Source: Desulfomonilia bacterium (GTDB lineage Bacteria > Desulfobacterota > Desulfomonilia > UBA1062). From it: a stretch of 64,000 nt of DNA. The DNA is taken from contig CAXXDQ010000007.1 of assembly GCA_963664325.2 (NCBI GenBank), positions 512,001 to 576,000 on the forward strand, written 5' to 3'. The notes beneath the pieces are model-generated. The model had not been told where the DNA came from. It saw only the letters and a list, made by a program, of their open reading frames with translations, and ran no database searches. The translations under genes were made by a program, and so were the position numbers. Of this stretch, positions 57,499-64,000 are shown piece after piece. The first letter of the stretch is position 1. The number at the start of each line of letters is the position of its first letter.

Positions 57499-59970
57499 TT
57501 AGAAAAACGCCCCTATCGTGAAATCCCATTTACCAGAGGGTTCATAGTCTTCGGGGTTGATTATCCATCCGTATTCAAGCCTTAAAGGCCCCATGGGTGT
57601 TACCCATCTTAATCCCACACCATATGATTTTTTCAAATTTTCCAGATCGATCGTGTTATTGAATGCATTGCCCGCATCAAGAAATACAACACCTGAAAGA
57701 CCCGGTACGGTGCCGATCGGGAAGGTTATTTCCGCATTAAACACCACCATTCTGTTGCCGCCGACGACATTTCCATAATTGTCCCTTGGACCGACATCTC
57801 CATAATCGAACCCGCGTATCGTATTCATGCCGCCAAGGGTAAACAGTTCAGATGTAGGCACAGCCTGACCGTCCCCGCCGTTGATTGTTCCCCACCTTCC
57901 CTTCAGCATGAGGGCAAAGATATTTTTATACAGCGGGAAAAACTGAGCCAGATTCGCTGTTGACCTTGTAAAGTGGTAATCGCCACCCAATCCCGCATAT
58001 TCCATAGATACCGATGCATCCATCCCGCGTGTCGGACGGTAGAAATCATTTGTTGTAACCCTTGAAATCGTATTAGTAATGCTGCTGTTAAGGCCCCCGT
58101 TGATTTCCACCGGTGTCAACCAGTATTCATATGACGTGTCCACATCCGTTAGAGGCAAAATATAATCGTAGTTATATATGATATTATATCTCACCTCTTC
58201 AATGATCGGGAAGCTCAAACCGACTGAAAAACCCCTTGACTCCCTGGTGTAATAACTCAGGACGCGTTCCTGGTTATAGACTCTTCCGCTTACGGCAACC
58301 GGATAATCAAACAACCACGGCTCCTGTAAATATATGTTGTAGTTTTTCCTTTTGGCACCATATTCAATACTTGCCTTGCTTCTTAACCCGGTCCCGAAAA
58401 GATTGTTTTCACTGACTTCCACCTGTCCCATGAATTCATCGATACTTGAATAAGCCACACCAAAGGTAAAAGCCCCGGTCGGATTCTCCTCCACATCTAC
58501 CACGAGATCCATTTCGTCTTCCAGTTCGCTTGGAACCTGGTTAATGTCCACTTTGGAAAAATATCCGAGCCTGTTCAGGTTGTCTCTGCTGTCTCTCAGT
58601 TTTGTAGACGAAAAGAGAGAAGTCTCCTGTAATTTCAATTCCCTTCTAATAACCTTGTCGCGGGTTTTCTTGTTGTTCCTTATAAGCACTTCATCGATAT
58701 GAACCGGCTTGTTTTGCTTTATGTTAAGGGTCATGTCTATTACATTGCCCTCTCTTTCTGTCGTAACAGGTTTAATCTGGACATAGGCATAGCCCTTGTC
58801 CATATAAATATCCCTGACCTTTTCAATGCCGGCATACAGTTCCATTTTACTCATGATATCGCCCTTTTCCATTCCAAGGGCATCGAGTATTTTCTTCTTG
58901 GGAACAATAAGCTCACCTTCCGCATCGATATTCCCCAGTGTAAACAAAGGGCCCTGTTCCACCGGTATCGTTATAAAAATCCCCTTGTCTTCCTTTATTT
59001 CAACTTTGGGCCTGCCCACCTTGGCCTGAAGATAGCCCTGGTTCCCAAAGTATTCTTCAAGTCTCAACAGGTCCGTGTCCATTTCGCTTTCCGTGTATGC
59101 CCCCCTGTCTGAAAGCCAGTCCATCGGATTCCACCATCTCCTGTTTTGGGTCTTCATTGATTTCTTCATCCCGGAATACGGGTCGGTCCACGGCTCGTAC
59201 CAGGGGCTCTTCAGCGTTACACCGTCAAACGAAACCCTTTTCACCCACAGTTTCTTATTTTCCTTGATAATAAATGTGAGTATTATTCCTCCATCGGTTT
59301 CTTTGGTTTCAGTTTCCACCTCAACATTGTAATACCCCTTTTCCCTGTAAAGGGCCTTTATCCTGTCAACAGCTGTTTTAAGCGAACGTGTGTTGAGTAT
59401 ATCGAATTTCTTCACCTCTGAAGACTCTAGGATTTTTTTCTCTTCCACCTTTTTGTTGCCTTTAATCTCAATTTTCACGACAACGGGATATTCCGTTACA
59501 TTAAAAGACAGGATATTATTCTCGCTCGATGCATTACAACTCTCAAAATATCCCATAGCGTATATTTCCTCAATATCTTTTCTGACAGCAAGCCTGTGTA
59601 TTATATCACCGGGAGCCGTCCTTATCCTGAACCTTATGGCATCATTTGATATACGCTTGGTGCCGCTTATTTTAATTTCCTTTACAACACATACATCTTT
59701 CATCCTGAGATAGCCGTTGGCCGCATCCGGCATTGTCGCAGCCTTATAACCAACACCTTCCGAATCCTTAACTTCAACAAGCCCTTCTTTCGAGAGGACC
59801 TCAATTTTTAACGGGGCCGCATCCTTGAAAGTCACACATGGTACATCGGAAAGGAAATCGGTTAATTCCTTATCGCCGGAAAATATTTCAATATCTGCTG
59901 CAGCCAGACATACAGGTATTAAAAGTATCAAAATGAGTGCTGAGAAGAACCTACAGATCATGTTGCTCAA
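57499..59970 (-). CDS. bamA: outer membrane protein assembly factor
   Basis: POTRA repeats (KTRDKVIRRE, LGYFS), NLFGTG, IRGF and terminal Phe. Confidence 0.95.
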   Translation of the reverse strand: MSNMICRFFSALILILLIPVCLAAADIEIFSGDKELTDFLSDVPCVTFKDAAPLKIEVLSKEGLVEVKDSEGVGYKAATMPDAANGYLRMKDVCVVKEIKISGTKRISNDAIRFRIRTAPGDIIHRLAVRKDIEEIYAMGYFESCNASSENNILSFNVTEYPVVVKIEIKGNKKVEEKKILESSEVKKFDILNTRSLKTAVDRIKALYREKGYYNVEVETETKETDGGIILTFIIKENKKLWVKRVSFDGVTLKSPWYEPWTDPYSGMKKSMKTQNRRWWNPMDWLSDRGAYTESEMDTDLLRLEEYFGNQGYLQAKVGRPKVEIKEDKGIFITIPVEQGPLFTLGNIDAEGELIVPKKKILDALGMEKGDIMSKMELYAGIEKVRDIYMDKGYAYVQIKPVTTEREGNVIDMTLNIKQNKPVHIDEVLIRNNKKTRDKVIRRELKLQETSLFSSTKLRDSRDNLNRLGYFSKVDINQVPSELEDEMDLVVDVEENPTGAFTFGVAYSSIDEFMGQVEVSENNLFGTGLRSKASIEYGAKRKNYNIYLQEPWLFDYPVAVSGRVYNQERVLSYYTRESRGFSVGLSFPIIEEVRYNIIYNYDYILPLTDVDTSYEYWLTPVEINGGLNSSITNTISRVTTNDFYRPTRGMDASVSMEYAGLGGDYHFTRSTANLAQFFPLYKNIFALMLKGRWGTINGGDGQAVPTSELFTLGGMNTIRGFDYGDVGPRDNYGNVVGGNRMVVFNAEITFPIGTVPGLSGVVFLDAGNAFNNTIDLENLKKSYGVGLRWVTPMGPLRLEYGWIINPEDYEPSGKWDFTIGAFF

Positions 59971-60640
59971 GCATTCCTCCCCTCAGCAGCAAGGTCCTGT
60001 CCATAAGTCTTGCCAGATCATGGTTATGAGTGACTACAACCATTGTAATGCCCATATCCTTTTTAAGTTTTACAAGCAGTTGCGCCATCATTTCTCCTGT
60101 TGAAGGATCAAGATCCCCTGTCGGCTCGTCTGCAAGCAGCACCTCGGGTGACATCATCAATGCCCTTGCGAGGGCGACCCTCTGCTGTTCTCCTCCTGAG
60201 AGTTCCCCGGGTTTGTGAGTAGCCCTCTCGGCGAGCCCAACTTTATCAAGAAGTTCAAGGGCTGTTTCTTTTGCCTTTTTTATATATCCGGACGAAATAA
60301 GGTAGGGTACATAAATATTTTCAAGAGCAGTAAATTCAGGAAGAAGAAAATGGAATTGAAAAACAAAGCCTATCATTCTGTTCCTAATTGCAGACAGATC
60401 ATTGTCCTTCATCATACAGATGTTTTTATCACCGTAATAAATGTTCCCGCTTTCAGGCTTTTCCAACCCGCCAAGAAGATGGAGAAGAGTGCTCTTGCCC
60501 GTTCCGGACGCACCGATGACAGCAACTCCCTCACCTTTTTTCACATCGAGATCAAGTCCCTTGAGGACCTCGATCCTGTGCTTTCCCTTATGGAATGTTT
60601 TAAAGAGACCGAGGGCACTGACCGACGTATCAGCCTTCAT
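59951..60640 (-). CDS. lolD: lipoprotein-releasing ABC ATPase
   Basis: GASGTGKST, GFVFQFH.LLPEF, LSGGEQQR and ADEPTG. Confidence 0.93.
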   Translation of the reverse strand: MKADTSVSALGLFKTFHKGKHRIEVLKGLDLDVKKGEGVAVIGASGTGKSTLLHLLGGLEKPESGNIYYGDKNICMMKDNDLSAIRNRMIGFVFQFHFLLPEFTALENIYVPYLISSGYIKKAKETALELLDKVGLAERATHKPGELSGGEQQRVALARALMMSPEVLLADEPTGDLDPSTGEMMAQLLVKLKKDMGITMVVVTHNHDLARLMDRTLLLRGGMLEQHDL

Positions 60641-61868
60641 ATCGGAGCACCTCTACAGGGTCCTGCCCTGCTGCCTGCCTGGCAGGATATATCGTGGCAA
60701 AAAACGAAAGCAGTACCGCACTTAAGGCAATAACGGCAATTTCGACGGGGAAGACCCTTGTGGGAAGACCTGTAATGTAATACACGTCCTTTGGCATTAC
60801 CTCTATTCCGAAAATAAATTCTACCGCGTTCACGACGGGGTTCAGGTTATAGGTAAGGGTAAGCCCTAAAACAAGTCCCAGGATTGTTCCGCTCAAGCCT
60901 ATCACCATGCCCATTGTCACGAAAATACCAAGTATCTGCCTCGATGTAGCCCCCATCGATTTGAGTATTGCAATCTCTTTTCTCTTTTCCATTACCAGCA
61001 TAATCAGCATGCTTATTATGCTGAATACAGCCACAAGGATAATGAACAGCAGAATTATCCACATCACAACCTTCTCCATTTTAAGGGCGGAGAACAGGCT
61101 TCTGTTCATTTCCTTCCATGTTGTAGCCCAGTATCCGGGTCCTATTTTTTCAAGAATTTCATTTGCGATCGAACCAGCCTGATAAATATTCTTGACCTTG
61201 ATTTCAATCCCTGTGGGCACATCCTTCATCATCAGTTTCATAGCAGCAGGCAGAGTGATATAAACCATGTTCGAATCATATTCATACATGCCTGTTGAGA
61301 AAATCCCCTTTACCGTAAAACTGATCGACTTGGGCATTAACCCCAGAGGCGTCACTATACCCGTAGGTGATACCAGCGTAACCACATCCCCGGTCGCAGC
61401 TCCCATTTTTTTTGTAAGCTCGGAACCCAGCAGGATATCGGCCTCACCCATCTCCTTTAAAGGCATGCCGTTTTTTATAATGTCCTGAAGCCTTATAACC
61501 CTTGCCGCCGTTGCCGTATCTATACCCCTGATAACGACACCTTTGACCTCACCCGATGCAGACATCAGTCCTTCCGAGAGTATAAACGGCGTCGCCCCCT
61601 CTACGCCTTTGACAGACATTATACCAGGCAGGATTTTATCGGGGTCAGTCATCCTGTCACTCAGGCTTGTAACGACGATATGGGACTGTGTCCCGAGAAG
61701 CTTGGCCTTTATGTCCTCTTCAAAGCCGTTCATGACCGAAATAACCACTATCAGCGCCATGACGCCGATGGCGATCCCGAAGACTGACAGGGCAGACGTG
61801 AAGCTTATGAATCCCTGGCTTTTTTTTGCCCTCAGGTATTTGCGTGCAACAAAAAACTCGAATCTCAG
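60630..61868 (-). CDS. lolE: lipoprotein-releasing permease LolC/E, probable CTG start (412 aa)
   Basis: The frame stays open 36 codons upstream of the tracked ATG and reads (M)[22 protein letters not shown]...[19 protein letters not shown]; AAGGAG lies 7 nt before the CTG. Confidence 0.85.
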   Translation of the reverse strand: MRFEFFVARKYLRAKKSQGFISFTSALSVFGIAIGVMALIVVISVMNGFEEDIKAKLLGTQSHIVVTSLSDRMTDPDKILPGIMSVKGVEGATPFILSEGLMSASGEVKGVVIRGIDTATAARVIRLQDIIKNGMPLKEMGEADILLGSELTKKMGAATGDVVTLVSPTGIVTPLGLMPKSISFTVKGIFSTGMYEYDSNMVYITLPAAMKLMMKDVPTGIEIKVKNIYQAGSIANEILEKIGPGYWATTWKEMNRSLFSALKMEKVVMWIILLFIILVAVFSIISMLIMLVMEKRKEIAILKSMGATSRQILGIFVTMGMVIGLSGTILGLVLGLTLTYNLNPVVNAVEFIFGIEVMPKDVYYITGLPTRVFPVEIAVIALSAVLLSFFATIYPARQAAGQDPVEVLRYEG

Positions 61869-63418
61869 GACTGTTCTCCTTTATTATTTACGTGTACGTG
61901 CGGAGAGGATATTTTGGCTTCTTTTTCCATTGATGATACTTCAATAGAAATATCTTTTTTAAGAAGCGGAAACAGTATCACATCTCTTATCGAAGGGCTG
62001 TCGGTAAGCAGCATGACCAGCCTGTCTATTCCTATTCCCTCTCCAGCCGCCGGCGGCATTCCGTACTCAAGCGCCCTGATATAATCCTTATCAATCTCTC
62101 CCGGGCCCTCTTTATCCATAATCTGCTTATCAAAACGCTCTTTCTGATCAAACGGATCATTGAGCTCGCTGAAGGCGTTGGCTATTTCCCTGCCTGCAAC
62201 ATAAAGCTCAAAGCGGTCAACTATCGAGGGGTCTTCGCTGTTGCGGCGTGAAAGCGGTGATACCTCGGTGGGGTAAGATGTAATGAATACAGGTCCGGTA
62301 AGTTTATCTTCGCAGGTCTCTTCAAAAATCATGGTTTGAAGTTCGCCCAGCCCTTCGTTTCCTTCAATTGGAAATCCGTTTAGTCTGCAGAAAGCGACTG
62401 CCTTTTCCCGGTCCTCAACAACGCCGGCATCGACTTTTCCTATAACCGTTATGGCTTCCTTCATCGTGAAAGTCTGCCAGGGCGGGGAAAAGTCGATTTC
62501 AGTACCCTGATAATTGACCTTCGCAGTGCCGAGCACTTCCATGGCTATTGATGAAATCATCTCTTCGGTAAGCTTCATGAGGTCTTTGTAATCGGCGTAT
62601 GCCATATAGAATTCCATCATGGTGAATTCAGGATTGTGCCTGGTTGATATGCCTTCGTTCCTGAAATTCCGGTTGATTTCATAGACCCGTTCAAAACCGC
62701 CTACAAGCAGTCTCTTGAGATAAAGCTCGGGTGCTATCCTCATGTAAAGGTCCATGTCCAGGGCATTGTGATGTGTCTTGAACGGCTTGGCCGTTGCCCC
62801 GCCGGGGATGCTCTGCATCATGGGGGTTTCGACCTCGATAAAGCCGAGATTGTCCATATAGGCCCTGAGGGCTTTGATTATTTTCGTCCTCTTCAAAAAT
62901 ACGTCTTTTACGTCCCCTGACATAATCAGGTCGGCGTATCTCTGACGGTACCTGGTTTCCACATCGGTGAGCCCGTGCCATTTCTCGGGCAGCGGTTGAA
63001 AATTTTTTGTCAGGAGTTCAAAACCCTTTGTATATAAGGAAAGTTCTCCTGTCTTGGTCTTGACGGGATTACCCCATAAACCGATTATGTCTCCAATATC
63101 CAGCCTTTTAAAAAGATCGTAGGCCTTTTCACCGAGCTTTGCCTTCTCAAAAAATGCCTGGAGTTTGCCTGTCCCGTCCTGAAAATGTATAAAGGCGGCC
63201 TTGCCGAAAATACGCACAGCCATGATGCGGCCCGCCATTTTATGGACTTGTTCGTTTGCCTGAAGTGTTTCGGCATCGAGAGAAGAGTATTTTTTTACAA
63301 AATCACTGACATTCGTGTCCTTTTTATAGGTATTCGGAAAATGAGCCACGCCATATTCATTTTTCAGTGCATCATATTTTTCAATGCGCTGCTTTGTCAG
63401 CCGCCCGATGTCCTCCAA
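61865..63418 (-). CDS. lysS: lysine--tRNA ligase (class II)
   Basis: [26 protein letters not shown]....HNPEF and EYGMPP..G.GIGIDRL; TTG start chosen from the RBS. Confidence 0.97.
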   Translation of the reverse strand: MEDIGRLTKQRIEKYDALKNEYGVAHFPNTYKKDTNVSDFVKKYSSLDAETLQANEQVHKMAGRIMAVRIFGKAAFIHFQDGTGKLQAFFEKAKLGEKAYDLFKRLDIGDIIGLWGNPVKTKTGELSLYTKGFELLTKNFQPLPEKWHGLTDVETRYRQRYADLIMSGDVKDVFLKRTKIIKALRAYMDNLGFIEVETPMMQSIPGGATAKPFKTHHNALDMDLYMRIAPELYLKRLLVGGFERVYEINRNFRNEGISTRHNPEFTMMEFYMAYADYKDLMKLTEEMISSIAMEVLGTAKVNYQGTEIDFSPPWQTFTMKEAITVIGKVDAGVVEDREKAVAFCRLNGFPIEGNEGLGELQTMIFEETCEDKLTGPVFITSYPTEVSPLSRRNSEDPSIVDRFELYVAGREIANAFSELNDPFDQKERFDKQIMDKEGPGEIDKDYIRALEYGMPPAAGEGIGIDRLVMLLTDSPSIRDVILFPLLKKDISIEVSSMEKEAKISSPHVHVNNKGEQS

Positions 63419-63788
63419 GGTTTTATCCCCCGATAGAAAATAGATTGCCGGAGTTATAGAAGATATGCCATGCCGTGTCAACATAAACACCTAAAGCCTG
63501 TGAATGCTTTAATGGTAAAGGACAGGTGCCAATCTGCAATAAAATTCTTAAGTAGTTTCGAAATATTTTATCCTTGTTTTTGCAACATATCTGCACCTTA
63601 GCCCTAAAGTTCAAATTCAGGTTTTTCATTTGAAAATCATAAAATACATTTGGAAATGGAACAGCCTTCTTAAACAAAGCTGGAATTATTTTAGGAAGCA
63701 TTTGCATGGATTATCGATGAACAATACATGAGAAATGTGGTAAAGGTATTTTTCAGATCAAGGTATATCGTATATAAGGAGGTTACTT

Positions 63789-64000
63789 GTGAAATATATT
63801 CTTAAAATCCTCAAATATGCGGCAATAACCGTATTAATCCTAATACTGATCCTGGGGCTGACAATTTTTTATATGTGGGCAAGGCCCAATCATTCCGAAG
63901 TCAACCAGGAAATAGTAGCCGATACATGGGTAGCAGTAACCGACGGCATGCACAACTCAAACACGCATATGATCTCCTGGAACGATGAATTCTGGCTGGT
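63789..64000 (+). CDS. membrane-anchored hypothetical protein, 5' part (possibly sialidase-like beta-propeller)
   Basis: AAGGAGG RBS and GTG start; MKYILKILK...TM...DGMHNSNTHMISWNDEFWL, open to the window end. Confidence 0.6.
   Translation, partial: MKYILKILKYAAITVLILILILGLTIFYMWARPNHSEVNQEIVADTWVAVTDGMHNSNTHMISWNDEFWL

Noticed and set aside
1-64000. CRISPR arrays, tRNA/rRNA genes and riboswitches
   Set aside because: None recognised by eye in the intergenic regions; an Rfam/tRNAscan run is needed to exclude small RNAs.

Overview
This is a mostly housekeeping stretch from a Gram-negative anaerobe; gene style suggests Desulfobacterota/deltaproteobacteria (inference only). In order it carries: partial purF, dapF, a Nudix fusion, CapA and M23 genes, a cysteine desulfurase fusion, DUF47, a PAS/GAF two-component pair, LPS-core transferases, an acyl-CoA ligase, nrdD-nrdG with tandem NrdR boxes, queG, a hybrid kinase, moxR-DUF58-tgpA, a radical SAM/metallophosphoesterase pair, a RAYT-type Y1 transposase, ompA, mscL, a frameshifted corA, a GH28-like lipoprotein, mtnA, a second acyl-CoA ligase, and a long lysS-lolCE-lolD-bamA-skp-lpx envelope cluster. 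The clearest accessory segment is about 31.4-32.7 kb: an AT-rich, integrase-less integron-cassette relic with two attC-like sites, an intact PD-(D/E)XK nuclease cassette, a probably truncated second cassette, a decapitated BrnT toxin and its antitoxin. A ~57-bp palindrome sits at the truncation junction and shares its terminal AGCGTCCC motif with the flank of the RAYT gene 4 kb away. Other points of note are a probable CTG start for lolC/E and several unusual domain fusions. I saw no tRNA, rRNA or CRISPR array. All family calls come from manual motif recognition; no database searches were run.
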